A stretch of DNA of 64,000 nt from the human T2T-CHM13v2.0 reference genome, Homo sapiens (GCF_009914755.1 NC_060947.1); one strand, 5' to 3'; shown: positions 17,348 to 38,369, counted from the stretch's first letter. Program-made: numbers and translations. Notes: generated from the sequence alone by a model not told the origin.

Positions 17348-17435
17348 CTGTAGTAGAAGATCCATTGGTTTGGTTTGTAGTCATGCAATTATTTTTCCAA
17401 ATGGACAAAAGTAGGACACAAATAACAAGATTCAT
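17348..17435 (-). CDS. CXorf66: CXorf66 coding exon 1 (MNLVICVLLLSIWKNNCMTTNQTNGSSTT-G): probable signal peptide plus N-glycosylation sequons NQT and NGS
   Basis: ATG at 17435-17433; donor CAG|GTAGGT at 17347; 88 nt, phase 1, in frame with exon 2; protein recognised from memory. Confidence 0.93.
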
Positions 17436-17603
17436 GTCCGCAACTTGGTTCAAATGATTTGTCTACTAAGGTAACTACTGAATTTATACAGTTCAGAGTG
17501 TTCTAGGCATTTATGACATCATTACCATTGTGTGTCATACTCTGACAACATAATCTCACCATAGGGAAGCATAAGCTTCTGTATACAAATTTTACCAAAT
17601 GAC

Positions 17604-18335
<732 letters not shown>

Positions 18336-18817
18336 TACAACTCAGTTTTACCCTGAAGGTCTAAATAATCCTGCTCATACTTTTTAACTGTATAAAAATC
18401 AGAAAATGTTATTCTATTGCTTTTGAATAAGCTGCTTTTGAAAATTTGAATAGGGCTTATAAAGTGAAAGAATGTATCTGTCACCTTTTTTAAAAAAAGA
18501 AATCAGGTTTTTTTTTTTCCCTAGTGTTGGATACATGGTAGACAAATATCTTAAAGCCAGTATTTCAGAAACAGCTTCCAAATTAATTTGAACATTAACT
18601 TCATATTCATAATGGTTACAAAAACACTTTACTTTCTTTGGCTTTAACATAGATTTATATGATTTTTATTTCATTTGCAAGTTTACATGACTAGCATGTT
18701 AGTAATAATAGATTTCACTCAGAAATTCTAGGTATTATTTTGATAAAAATTGTATATAATAAGTACACTATAAAACCCCATTTCTTGCTTCATATTTGTT
18801 GTTGTTATTGTTTTGAT

Positions 18818-19046
18818 TGTTGCCAGGACTAGAGTAAAACCCAGTGAGATATTTGCCTGTAGCACAAAATTTAAGGGGTGTTGCAAAATTCAGTAATCAA
18901 ATAAGATTTTAACGTGATATTTAAAAACCAAAATTAATGCCAAAAATCTATGACCAACAAAATATTGAACATTTAAATAAAGACAGGATCTGATTCTGCA
19001 TTTGCATGAGCCTGTCCCACTCCCCTCACCCTAATCCCAGCTCTGT
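18818..19046. mobile_element. hAT-type DNA transposon MITE (MER96/MER53-like)
   Basis: Termini gccaggactagagt and caccctaatcccagctctg are imperfect inverted repeats; AT-rich core. Confidence 0.55.
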
Positions 19047-19986
19047 ATCTTGAGCCTGCAGGGCCATATTTATTCTTTTCCACTTTAAAAAGCAGAGGGG
19101 AAGGGTCCAAGGACTTAGCCAGGTACTTAACAGGGCTGTGTCCCCAAGACCCCTAAAAATCTCACTAGGTCATTTTCCCCAGAGAGCTGCTCCTGGGCCC
19201 TTGTGTAATGATTCTTGGTGAAGAATGGCTGCTCCTGGTTTCTCTCTCCTTGGTTCTCCAGAGATTAACCTGTACCACTTTTCTGATTTCCGCCATTATA
19301 TTTGATTGTCTTGCTTCCAATGTCTGGCTGGCGTCATATCTATAGGAATCAGTAGTAGGAAAAGCTCCTAAGCTCTTCCCAGCACCCACATGGCAAGTTT
19401 GAACCTTTGCCCTCATCCGGGTGAGAGGAACCTTTCTGGGGTTGCCACCTTGGGGATTTCTACTGCCCTCCTCTGGACCTCAATTGACAGTGCAATTCCG
19501 CCTTGGGCCTTCAACTTTTTCCCCTTATTTGATTTTTTTTAATTAAAAAAATATATGCACCTTATAAAAATTTTAAATCACACAGAGGTATTTCAGACTT
19601 CCTTTATCCCTTGAGATCTTCTGACCCCTTTAAAATTGCTTTAAATATTCCTTACTCACAGCTTGTGAAGATGCCTGAAATCTTCATCTCTATTTTTAAT
19701 TGCACTTTAAAATTGCATTAGGAATATATTAATATTAACCCATTCTCATTATGAAAAATACACAAGACAGACATATACAGAATAAAACGTTATAGACTCT
19801 TTTCCTTCCCCACTCCACTCTATCCCCATTCTGGAGACAATGACACAAAAATTTGATGTGCATCTCTCAGATCTCTTTCTACATATTTACATACATATCT
19901 ATGTACATGATGCACACCCATACTACATATAAATGGGAACATTCTATAAATATTCCTTTTCAGGATTTAAAAAAATCACACAACTA

Positions 19987-20475
19987 TTCATATGCTGATA
20001 TTCATAGCAGTATTATTCGCAATAGCCAAAAGGTGGAAACAACCTAAATGTCCATCAACAGATAAATGGGTAAACAAAATGCGGTATATGCATACAACGG
20101 AACAATATTTAGCCTTAAAAAGGAAGGGAATTCCAATATATAATACAACATGAATGAACCCTGAAAACATTATGCTAAGAAATAAGCCACATATTATATG
20201 ATTCCACTTATATGGGGTACTTAGAGTGGTCAAATTCATAGAGACAGAAAGTAGAATGGTGGTTACCAGGGGCTGGGTAGAGTGGGGAACGGGGAATTAT
20301 TGTTTAATGGGGACAGAGGTACAGTTTGGGATGGTGGAAAACTTCTGGATATGGATGTGATGATGACTGTACAGCAATGTGAATCTGCTTGATGTCACTG
20401 AAGTGTACACTCAGAAATGGTTAAAATAGTAAATTTTATGTTATATTAATTTTCTGCAATAAAAATATTTAAAAA
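19987..20475 (+). mobile_element. L1MB-type 3' end
   Basis: ORF2 C-terminus/3'UTR motifs; TSD aaaaa(tc/ta)acacaacta at about 19970 and 20472. Confidence 0.8.
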
Positions 20476-20495
20476 AAATACACAACTAATGCTTA

Positions 20496-20899
<404 letters not shown>

Positions 20900-21279
20900 T
20901 TAGAGAGTTGATAAAGTAGGCCAGCAGATAATACCTATGTTGTTAATATCAGGAGTCAGGGACTGAAGGGAATTTGAGAATGGGGGCCAGAAAGAGAAGC
21001 AGAAGAGTCCCCAAATGGAAAGTGAGTGGTTGCCAATCAACTCTAGTGTTTAACTTTATGAAACAAAAAGTAGAAGAGATATAAGAACAAATAGATAGAA
21101 GCAAAGTTATACTACACAACTTTCAGCTCAAGATAAATCAAGTGGACACAAAATTATTAAGGAGGTAGAATATGTAAATAACATAAAATATAATCAATAG
21201 GGTTGATCATATATACATATATATGGAACTTTACAGTCCTTCCTTCTCTTTTTCACAGACATAATGAATTGTTTTATCT

Positions 21280-22130
<851 letters not shown>

Positions 22131-22991
22131 ATTGATGTGATGTGTGTATATAAACAACAGGATAATAGCACGGAGGTCCCTGAGCCATTAATTCAGATTG
22201 ATGGGTCAAAGCCAGACCCAGCATACTTGTTCTCGGGACAGCAGCCCCCAGCCACACCTCTGTAGCACAGGGGATGCTGCTGAGGTAGAATGAATCTGAC
22301 ACCTACGTTCACTGGAATTTTAAATGTTCCCCTGCCAGCAGTTACCAATACATCTCCTCTTTGCAGGCATGGACATTTCTGGTGAGAAGACTGTTAACAG
22401 CTTCCCCTCTTATATCTCTGTGCATAGCCAGTAAGACTTCCCTGCCAGTGCAAAGGCATGTGTATTCTTACTTGCATACGTTCACAACATGTGTACACAT
22501 GCGTGCCCTCCAGGGTCTTCACACATGCACATATATGCATGAGCTCTCAGGTAGAACATGTAGGAAGCATCTGTAGTACTAGAAATTATGTTTCGTTTAT
22601 TTTTAAATCTCATATGCCATATGTCTGTTAATGTGCTCTAGTTATTACCACATAAAGAATGAATAGCTGGTTTGATCTCAATTGTCGTCCAGCCTCAATT
22701 TGTTCAGTGACTGACATTAATGAAATCGTAATAGGTTGCTTTCTAGAAGGTTTTAACCATCCTCTAAGGGAGATTTTGACATTCTAGTATCCATTTCACA
22801 CTTCTTTGCCTATTCTGCCATCGTGTGGGCAAGGAACACAAACATCAAGGTGTTAATGACCCAAGGTTGCATTTGAAAAGGGCTCTAATGATTACAGATT
22901 TTTTTTTTTCTCCAGGGGTAGAGGAAAAGTGGGAAGGACATGGGGAGGAAACACAAGTCCCCTCGCACCACCGCGTAAAAAGGCTGACTCT

Positions 22992-23414
<423 letters not shown>

Positions 23415-23529
23415 TCAGGTTGGAGGGTTTGCTCATCGGAATGCAGTGTCCCTCAGAGGAACTAGCGCATATTAGCACCACCGTATGCCAGGCATGGAAT
23501 TCTCGCGGCAATCCCTTGGGTGGAGGCCA

Positions 23530-23650
23530 GCTGGGTAGGCACTATCATTGCATTATCATCTTCCTTTTACAGATGAGCCTACTGAGATCCAGAACGGCTA
23601 AGTATCATGTCTAAATTCCCACAGGTAGTAAGTGGCAAAGCCAGGAGGTT
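23530..23650. mobile_element. MIR
   Basis: ttttacagatgagcctactgag...acaggtagtaagtggcaaagccagga core. Confidence 0.65.
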
Positions 23651-23809
23651 TTGAAAATAAGCTGGGAATATAAACGGAAACTATAAAAAAAGTTTCATTA
23701 GAAAACTATGTACAAAGAAAAACAAATTACAGGAATACGATTGCACACAAGGCAATGTATATCTATGTCTTATGAAGCTAAATAATAAAACCAATACTTA
23801 TGAATGCAC

Positions 23810-24550
23810 CAACTAACTTAAGGAAACAGCACCACCAATGCCACTGAATCTCCTTGGGTGCTCCTCTCTGACCCTATCCTCTTGTCTCCTTGCCCTGAGA
23901 TAGCCACTATCCTTTTTTTTCATTCCCTTGATTTTCATTACTGTTTTATTCCAAAAGTATGTGTGTTTAGTTTTGCTTTGTTCTGAAATGTATACAAATG
24001 GAATTTTATACATTTTACGTTTCTCCTGTGACTTGCTTTATTCACTCAAAGTTGCTCGTGAGATTCATCCATGTTGCTTGGTGTACTTGCAGTACTTTTT
24101 TCACCAATGTATAGAATTCTATACATTCAATTCTATTCTATTCCAATTTCACCAATGTATAGATTTCAGTATAGAATTCTGGCACATGAACGTGCCAGAA
24201 TGTACTCATTCATTTTCCTGCTGATAGACACTTGGCTTGTTTCCAGGTTTTCACTATTACGTGCAATGCTGCTATAAATGCTCACGTACATGACTTGTGG
24301 GACATGGTGTAAAAGTTTCTCTAGGGAATATACATGGAAACAAATGGCTGCATTATAGTGAATACAAATGTTCAACTTTTACAAAACAACCTAATATCCT
24401 TTTCCAAAGTGGTTGTATTATATCCGTTCATGTTCCTACTGGAATGTATGAGAGTTTCCATTGGTTTACATCTTTTGCTACCATTTGAAGTTCCCAGAAC
24501 TTTAAATTTTGGCCAAACTAATGAGGTTAAAATGGCATGTCGTTGTAGGT
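23810..24550 (-). mobile_element. Old L1ME-type 3' region
   Basis: gagattcatccatgttg, gacacttggcttgtttccagg and ttccaaagtggttgta motifs. Confidence 0.7.
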
Positions 24551-25832
24551 TTCTAGGAGTTTGTCAAATTTGTAAAAGTTTTCAAATTTAGTGGCATTAA
24601 GTTGCATCAGTTGATGGGGCAGAGAGAGAGCATTCCAGGTTGGGGGAGCCACTTGGGAAAGGGTTCTAAGTCAGGTCAGAGGTTGGTGCATGTAAGGAAC
24701 AGAAAAAAAGCCAGCATAGATGTTGCATAATGTGTTCACCTCTGCCTTAGGCAGCTAACCTCTCGGTACCTCACATTTTGCCTGACTTTACCTACGGCAT
24801 CTGCCAGACCTTACCTGCTAGACCTGACTACTTCTGAACAGCTCTCAAGTATTACACCATATTATATGGTGAAATTGGGCTTTAATTTTAACCAGATGGA
24901 TTCAAACTAGCTCTTATGTTTTTTTATCAGTTAGCTCTCACATTTGGATGAACTTCCAGAAGCTTATTTCAAAATATCTTTCTGACCATTGCACCATGGG
25001 TCCACTGTCAAATCCTCCTTGATCATCAAACAACTTTAAATTTGCTTTTTGAAATGTATTTAGGCTCTCATATACAGTTCTGAAAGACATGTGAGAATAA
25101 ATTTTCAGGAATTTATTTTAGAGCAAAAAATCAACTTCCATTGGCCTAGAATAAGGAGAGAACCTGTTAACGAGGCAACTGTGAATTATGATTATCTTTG
25201 TTCTTTGGGAGATTTTACTGCTGGTCGAGTGAGTCTGAAAGTCTAACTCAGGTTTTGCCCATTGGATTGCAACATACAGACAATAAAAACAAAACCCAAG
25301 ATAAGAATTAATAATTATGAAGTAAGTGAAGTTTGCCTTTGGCCCTCTGTGATAGCTAGAGTCTGATGATAGCCCCCAGGGAATCACACGACCTGGCATT
25401 TGCACCCTTGTGTAATCTCTGCCCACATTAAATACGGGCTGGCCTGTGACTGGTGTTAACTAATAGACTGCTGTAGAAGGGACACTGTGTCAGTTCTAGA
25501 TCTAGCCTTTAAGAGGACTGGCAGTTTCTGCTTCCTATCTCTTGGAATACTCACTTTTGGGAACCCTGAGCCACTGTGTGAAATGTCTAGCCACTCTTCT
25601 GCAGAGACCACAGGGAGAGGTCATGTGGAGGGTAGAGGCCCTGAGACCATATGGAGAGACATAGCAGTCCAGCTGTACCAGTGTCCCAGTCAAGCCTCCA
25701 GATGACTCCAGCCTCAGCTATCATGTGACTGCAACTGTAGGAGGGCTCCCAAGATAGACCAGCAGAGCTTCACAGCTGAGCTCAATAAACCCACAGCACC
25801 ATGATAGATAATACAATGGTTTTAAGCCACTA

Positions 25833-26223
<391 letters not shown>

Positions 26224-26341
26224 CTAAAACATGTGGCAGTGGGCAAAAGCTGAAATGGCCATGTAGAAACTGTTAGTGAAGGCTTGAAGGAAATATGCAA
26301 TTTTTGGAGCTCTCAGTCACCATATAAAAAGCCTAAATACC

Positions 26342-26390
26342 AGCAATAGAGCGAGACTCCGTCTCAAAAAAAAAAAAAAAAAAAAAAAAA
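26342..26390 (+). mobile_element. Extremely 5'-truncated Alu (24 nt plus A25)
   Basis: agcaatagagcgagactccgtctc + poly(A); perfect 16-bp TSD aaaaagcctaaatacc at 26326 and 26386. Confidence 0.9.
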
Positions 26391-26774
26391 GCCTAAATAC
26401 CTTGCTGGAAAGGCCACCTGGAGTGGCAAGGTCTTGATATACAAGGAAAAAGAGAAAGGCTCAACCTTCCAAGCATTCCAGATGACTCTAACCTGGTTGC
26501 ATTACTATCTAATTGCAACCACGTGAGATAATCCAAGTGAAACCAGCTAAGGAACTGCCCAGCTGAGACAAGTTCACTACTAGAACAATGTGAGATAATA
26601 AAATGGTTGCTGTTTTAAGCCATTAAGTTTTGGCAATGGTTGTTATGCACGATAGATAACTGAAACACCTCCTATGGCCTCAGGTTTTCATTGTTCATTG
26701 ACTCCTGTGCTCATACATATTCCGGACCCACAGTTATAAAGTTCCACCTCAATCTCCCTTCCTTTTGGCAGTGC

Positions 26775-27339
<565 letters not shown>

Positions 27340-27784
27340 CTCTATTTTTATTAGATAATGAGAAATTAGCCACACTAGCCCCACAAAGACTGCAAGTTAG
27401 TCAAACTACGCTCTTTCTGAATCCCAGTTTATATCTGCAAAAATACTAGCTAACCACCGTCCACTCACAAAAAGCAGGTTATAGTCCGAGAAGTCACCAT
27501 TAACTTGGGTTACTGATTTCAATCTGTCCTTCCACAATCCTTGGCCTGTTTCTTTGCCAGTGTCCCTTAGACACTGCCTCTCATTTGGGGACTTGCTTCA
27601 TTCTCAGCTCCAAGTAATTCCCCTCAAACGCTTCCACAGAACCAAGGCTCACTCATCCATCACTAGCTGAGGCATTTTTTTTTCAGATATTTGTCAATCC
27701 TAAAGTACCTGCCTAATTGCAACCTTGTTCCGAGACAAAGTAGGCTCCCTAACTGGATTCAAAAAGCCTCTTCTGGAGTTCAGC

Positions 27785-28123
<339 letters not shown>

Positions 28124-28849
28124 TGGAGTTCAGCGTTCAAGCAAGATGGGGCAACATGGGCTGCATTTATTCCGCCACATGAAGCAACAACAACAACAAC
28201 AAACAGACAACATATATATGAAACAGCAGTCTTAAGATGCAAAACATCAGGCAATAGAGGATAGTAATCCTGGGAGATGGGAGATGGAACATAAGATGAA
28301 TGCTACAGTGTCCCAGGTTATTACACTAAGAGAGTTTCCAGGCCACACTGCATGAAGGAGGAATCCAGGTGGAGACAGGCAGACTTTCTGAGGGTTTACA
28401 ATAAAGTAGAAGTATGATATATGGCAGTAATAGCACAAAGGCCAGGAGGTAAGAAATGAAGGTATATGATTGTGTAGTTCTTATACTGTGTGTGAAATGG
28501 GATAACAATTGGAAGTAGGCTCTGAGAAGATGAAGATGTATCCAATAAACCCTAAAGCAATCACTAAAACAATAAAACAAAGAGATATAGCTAATGACTT
28601 AACAGAGGAAATAAAATGAAATAATAAATAAATAATCCCAAATAAGGCAGAAAGAGATGAGAAACTACTAATGAGATGATACAATTAAATGTAACTATAT
28701 CAGTAATTACATTAAATGTACATGGTCTAAACACTTCAGTTAAAGGCACAGATTGTCATATTGGATAAAAAAGCAACACTCAGCAACCTTCTGTCTATAA
28801 GAAACCAACTTTGGATATAAAGACAAATAGGTTAAAAATAAAAGGATGG

Positions 28850-29905
<1,056 letters not shown>

Positions 29906-30229
29906 GAAAGGATGGAAAAGTATATACTGTGGTAACACTAGTTAGATGAAAGCTGGAGTGGTTACATAAATATCAAAGTAAATTCAAAAGCAAAGATTAC
30001 TGTCACAGATAAAGGAAGTTGTTTCATAATGACAAAAGGGTCAATTCACTGAGTGGAAATAATAATTCTAAGTGTTTATGCACCCAAGAACAGAACTCCA
30101 AAATGTATGAGGCAAAATTGAAGAAGCAGCAAGGATAAATAACAATTATAGTCAGAAATCTCAATACTTCTTCCTCAATTATTGCTACAAGTAGGTAGAA
30201 AATTGTGAAGGATATAGAAAAGTTGAACA

Positions 30230-30902
30230 TGCAGCCATAAAAAGGATGAGTTCAGGCCAGGCGCGGTGGCTCACGCCTGTAATCCCAGCACTTTGGGAGG
30301 CTGAGGCGGGTGGATCACCATGTCAGGAGTTTGAGACCAGCCTGGCCAACATAATGAAACCCCATCTCTACTAAAAATACAAAAAATTAGCTGAGTGTGG
30401 TGGCAGGTGCCTGTAGTCCTAGCTACTTGGGAGGCTGAGGCAGGAGAATTGCTTGAACCCGGGAGGTGGAGGTTGCAGTGAGCCGAGATTGTGCCACTGC
30501 ACTCCGGCCTAGGCAATAGAGCAAGACTGTGTTTCAAAAAAAAAAAAAAAAAAAAAAAAAAGGATGAGTTCATGTCTTTTGCAGGGACATGGATGAAGTT
30601 GGAAGCCATCATCCTCAGCAAACTAACACAGGAACAGAAAACCAAACACCGCATGTTCTCACTCATAAGTGGGAGTTGAACAATGAGAACACATGGACAC
30701 AGGGAGGGGAACATCACACACCAGGGCCTGTTGGAAGGTTGGGGGGTGAGGGGAGGGAACATAGAGGACAGGTCAATAGGTAAAGCAAACCACCATGGCA
30801 CATATATACCTATGTAAACTGCCTGCACATTCTGCACATGTATCCTGGAACTTAAAGTTAAAAAAAAAAAAAAAAAGCCCAACCAGTTGGGGGAAAAAAA
30901 AA
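30230..30902 (+). mobile_element. 5'-truncated L1PA 3' end with an AluS inserted at 30255-30560
   Basis: ORF2 C-terminus [15 protein letters not shown]...SLISGS; Alu TSD aaaaaggatgagttca; L1 TSD gttgaaca. Confidence 0.88.
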
Positions 30903-31318
30903 TGTTGAACAGTACTATCAACCAACTTGACATAATTGGCATTTATAGAAGACTCTACCCAACAAAAGTAGAATAACACGTTTTTTTTCCAAGTGTCTGT
31001 GGAACATTTACCATAGTGCATACAGTGTCAGAAAATTAGGATTGAATAATTTAAAAGGATTCAAACCATACAGAGTAGGCTGTTTGACAACTAGGGAATT
31101 AAATTAGAAATCAATAAAAAACGTTCTCTTGAAAATCCCCCACATATTGGAAACTAAACAACACATTTCTTAATAACATACGGGCCCAAAAAGATATCAG
31201 AAGGGAAATTAGCAAGTATTTTGAAATGAATAAAAATGAAAATACAGTATAACAGAATTTGTAGAGTGCTACTAAAGCAGTGCTTGGGGGGAATTTATAG
31301 CACTAAATGCCTATGTTA

Positions 31319-31660
<342 letters not shown>

Positions 31661-32519
31661 AGAAAAGGAGAAAGGTTTTAAGTCAGTGACCTCAGTTTTC
31701 ACTTTAAGAAACTAGAAAAAGGAGAGTAAATTAAACTCAACATAAGCAGAGGAAAGGAAATAATTAAGATCAGAGCACACGTAAATGAAATGTGAAACAA
31801 CAATAAAAACCAAAACAATGCAGAAAAATCCAAATGCTGCTTCTTTGAGAAGATCAATGAAATCGATAAATCTCCAGCCATACTTACCAGGAAAAAAAAA
31901 AAAAGAGAAGAGAGACAAATCACTATAAATTCTACAGATATTAAAAGGATAACAAAAAACTATTATAAATAAATGTATGCCCATAAACATGACAACTTAG
32001 AAAGACACAAATTTCCAAAGTTCCACCAGTTATTAAATGTGAATCCTTCAACAAGTTATTTTAAGTGTCTAGACCTCAGTTTCTTTGTATTAAAATGGTC
32101 GAGTTTGTGAAGAGCAAATGTACCTGAAGTTATTAGCCATTATTATTATTACTATTGTTATCTTGGATTCAGACTTACAGAGCAAATGAGGATTTGGATG
32201 GGACTGAGGAAAAAAAACATGTGATTCACAAATAGTTACTGCAGGAGCTAGTTGATTTGGTAAAATGCTCTTGATTGGACCTCTGATTTTGTTCAATCTC
32301 ATTGTTTTTGTTTTAAAAGTTTTCCTGCTCACTAAAGAGTACTTATTGATGCCTTGTGTATTAAAAACCTGATTGATCACTATCATTAAATTGTGCTGAT
32401 AAAAAGATTTCTTTTTTTTTAAATTATATATATATATATTTTTTTTCTCTCTCTCTCTGTTTTTTAAACTTCTCCTTCTGGAACAGAGCTACCCTATAGG
32501 CAGTGTGCCCAGAGTATCC

Positions 32520-32811
<292 letters not shown>

Positions 32812-33517
32812 AGATTTCTTAATTAAATAGCTGGAAATTTCAATAATCTTTACTATCTAGGGAAAAAAATAATCTTTAAAACATTTAGTTTTCATTCCTA
32901 GAGCCTACAGCAATAAATAAAGTTAATTCAAACAATTTTACTAACCTATGACTCAAAGTGAAATTTAAGGAACTACTCATCAAGTGATCAAGTAGGTGAA
33001 TTTTTTTTTTGCCTGGTGTGTAGTCTTTTTCAACTAAATTCCTCATATGAACTGCTGAAAAGAGAAAATTATTTGAGTGACTATTTCCTCAATTTCCTTC
33101 ATTTCTTTAAGGAGAAATGACTGGTACCACTCTAGATGCATAGGAAAGAAGTTAATTCATTACACAGGGTGGATGCCTTAGGGCATCAGGGCTTAATCGC
33201 TTTACAGAACCTCAGTTGAAAATGCTGATCTACAGAAACAAGACACCATCCACCCATCTCACAGGGTTGCTCCAGGGATGATCAAAATCAAATCCTTTAA
33301 AATCTCATGTGCAACAAACTTAATGCTGCACTCTAAGATAATGCAGAGTTACTCATTCATTATAATTAGGATGAAACTTTTAAAAATGTTTATTTTTTTA
33401 AATAAAGAACTTATGCCACTATCTTAAAAACAGGAAATACAAACAAAAAATATCTTTCATAAACACCACCTAGAGAAAGTCAAATTAATATTTAAAGTGC
33501 ATATCCATCCTGATTAA

Positions 33518-33857
<340 letters not shown>

Positions 33858-33939
33858 TATTTATGTATAATTTTTAATACAAGTGACGTGGAAGTTTGAA
33901 ACCTAAAGAATAGCTTTTCCTTCAACACCAGTGGGTACA

Positions 33940-34235
33940 TAGACTTAAAAATTGATACATAATGATTGTACATATTCTGAAGTACATGTGGTATTTTGAT
34001 ACATGCATACAATGTATAATGAAATCAGGACAACTGGGGTATCCATCATTTCAAACATTTATTTTTTTGTGTGTGCTGGGAATATTCCAAATCTAAGACT
34101 TTTGAAGTTGAGAAGGATTTGGAAGAGAAAACTGAGGCCCAGAGACTGGAAATGATTTGACCAACACAGGGAAGAACTTGGGCTGGGGCTGCAGACTTCT
34201 GCTGCATAGCCAGAGATCTTTACTCTCTCATCACT
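33940..34235. mobile_element. L1MA 3'UTR fragment (minus, to about 34095) followed by MIR
   Basis: gattgtacatattctgaagtacatgtggtattttgatacatgc; gagaaaactgaggcccagaga. Confidence 0.6.
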
Positions 34236-34372
34236 GTGCTGCCTGTCATGGAGATCAGTGATATTCTGGCTTTTATCAAGTATCTTTTCCCTAAAATATC
34301 TTTTCCTTTTCCTGGTAAGTATGCTTAAGAGGAATCTGCTAGAGAATAGAGGAAGAAGGAACTTGGTTAACA

Positions 34373-34682
34373 TTTTTTTTTTTCTCTTGAGACAGAGCCT
34401 TGCTCTGTCACCCAGGCTGGCGTACAGTGGTGAGATCTTGGCTCACTGTGACCTCCTCCCGGGCCCAAGTGATTCTCATCCCTCAGCCTCCCAAGCAGCT
34501 GGGACTACAGGCGTGCGCCATCATGCCCGGCTAATTTTTGTATATATGTATATATTTTTTTTAGTAGAGATAGGGTTTCACCATGTTGGCCAGGCTGGTC
34601 TTGAACTCCTGGCCTCAAGTGATCCACCCACCTCGGTCTTCCAAAATGGTGAGATTACAGGCATGAGCCACTGCGCTCGGCA
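34373..34682 (-). mobile_element. AluJ/S
   Basis: Alu consensus. Confidence 0.9.
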
Positions 34683-35404
34683 ATAAACAGCTTTTGATAA
34701 CTTGGTTAGTTAGATTTTTGTCTGGCTCAACTTTTCGTTGTTGTTGTTGTTAGAAAATTGGATTGGCAGGTCAGACATAGTGCTAGTGAGTGAAATAGAC
34801 CTAATTACTTTATAATGCGTTTTTAATTTAATGTTCAACAAAGGCCAGTTACTCTACACACAAATCAATAAACAAACAACCAAAGCTGATTGTTGGGCCG
34901 CAAAAAAACATTGCAAGCTGATTGCTGGTTGCCTGGTTTCCTAAGCACGGCCTAATGCAATTTGAGATAACCTTGAAGCTTTACACAAGCCTTACTGAAA
35001 GAGCTATTTTGAAATAGTTAAGAGTGGCCTGTAAACAATTTCAGGTAGCCTGTAAATTGTGTACAACATCTCAAAGCACCTTTCCAAATTCTGACCATGT
35101 TGAGCAGGAGTTGAAAATGAAGCTCAGAGATGGATGTATGACAGCAAAGAAAGTGGGAAGAACTAGAATGGTGTGGTTTAAGGGGCACCTGGAAGGCTTT
35201 TTGTCCAAAAAGCTCTTTCCCATTACACGTCAAATGCCTGAAATTCTTTCATTATAGACTGGAACCAAATGACTAAACAACTGCCTTAGTGGGGATTAGT
35301 TTTGGGAGCCGAGGTGAGAGGACCACAAGGAGAGCAATTGCTGTGAAGGGCAGGTGGCTTCACCAGGTGGTCTCTCCAGGTCCTTTCCAACTCTGTGGAA
35401 ATGA

Positions 35405-35744
<340 letters not shown>

Positions 35745-36274
35745 GAAGGTTTATTTCTTTCTAAATGCGATTGACTTCTAAAACAAGTCACTTTATTTTT
35801 TTTTCGCCAATAGAGCATCACTTGGTTTAACATGCAGTTCTCATGAACTATGTAAAACTGTTCTGCTTTGCAACTCAAATTGTTCAAATGTACTGTTTTG
35901 CAAGTTCAATTTTTGATTTGTTTTCTTAAAGTGAAAACTATCTTAATATTTCAAAACAAATGCATTTAAGTAAAATAAGAATATTTCATTCCTATCATAA
36001 CATATATCTCAAAAGTCTTAAATTACTCTACTGAATCATTAAAATATCAGAACAAAATTTATCCTTATAGCAATGATAAGAGCTGTGTCCCAAGCCTCAC
36101 CTAGGATAGGGAGAAGGGAGATCAACATCACTGTCTAAAGGGTTAGAATTTGACCAGTGTCCTTTATAATAGTGTTTTAAAAATATATGTCCTATCAGTC
36201 TTCACCCAGCTTTAATGTTTTCTTAAAATGTGAAGGCATGGATTTTAAATGACTCATTAAAAATATAAAGTATA

Positions 36275-36598
<324 letters not shown>

Positions 36599-36939
36599 TT
36601 AGAGATGTTAAAAATGTGTGACAGTATGGATTTAATCAGGAAATGAAGACAGGCAGAATGAACCATTTTAAGAAAAGGAGAGAGTATAAAAATAGTGAAT
36701 GTGCCCATGAGGTGCTGGCAGTAGCTAATATTATGCCACTGGTAAATCACTACCGAGACGCTGCATTAGGACGCTGGCGTTATGATTTGTGTTTCCCTTC
36801 TGCTTTCCAGACTTTCCGGAATGCTGTTATAACGTTTTTATTAGTAGCTATGTTTGTCTTTATATACTTACATTCTACAGTGATTCACAAGAATACAACA
36901 ATAATGTTTTTTGCAAATTACAATTTTAAAAGTTGTCAG

Positions 36940-37120
36940 CAGTGAAGCATTAGGATGCAGTTGAATGAGCACTCTTTTGAGAAATCAGGAAACCTGGATT
37001 TTAACCCCAGCTCTACCACCATGGTCAAGTGATGTTTCCACTCTGTGCCTTGGTTTTTCCATAGGTAAAATGAAGAGGGTGGACAAGATGGTCTCCAAGT
37101 TCTCTTTGCAGTCCTTAGTC
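36940..37120. mobile_element. MIR
   Basis: aatcaggaaacctggattttaaccccagctctaccacc...ggtaaaatgaagagggtggacaagatggtctccaag. Confidence 0.7.
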
Positions 37121-37189
37121 CTCTGGCTCCTTTCTGTCAACATGTGTTTAATGATTACTCCATTCAAACTTAAAGTACTTAATATTTCA

Positions 37190-37611
<422 letters not shown>

Positions 37612-37720
37612 CTAGATCGGGTCTGACAACAGACAAAAGCCATAGAGGAAGGAAAGAATTGACAGGGTCTTCTGTTTATTCCAAATATCTATTGAAAATA
37701 CAGCCACAAAGAACAAAAAG

Positions 37721-38172
<452 letters not shown>

Positions 38173-38369
38173 TCAGCCTCAGTGCTGACATTAAGAAACT
38201 ATGTTATCTGGGTTTAACTGTGCGGAGACAGTAGATAGAAACCTTTTCATCTGAGAGGAGTAACATTAAAGTTGGTACTCTAAAATCAAACTCTAACATT
38301 TAGGTGAAGAAAATGACAAAATTTGCTTCAGTGCTCTAAGTACTATAGTCCTGTTTAAACTCTTCCCAT

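Noticed and set aside
30271-30942. 223-aa minus-strand ORF
   Set aside because: Chance read-through across antisense L1 3'UTR and Alu.
34740-35020. Non-repeat stretch with ATTGG, two gctgattg motifs and a forkhead-like ataaacaaaca; possible enhancer
   Set aside because: Short motifs are expected by chance; needs conservation or chromatin data.
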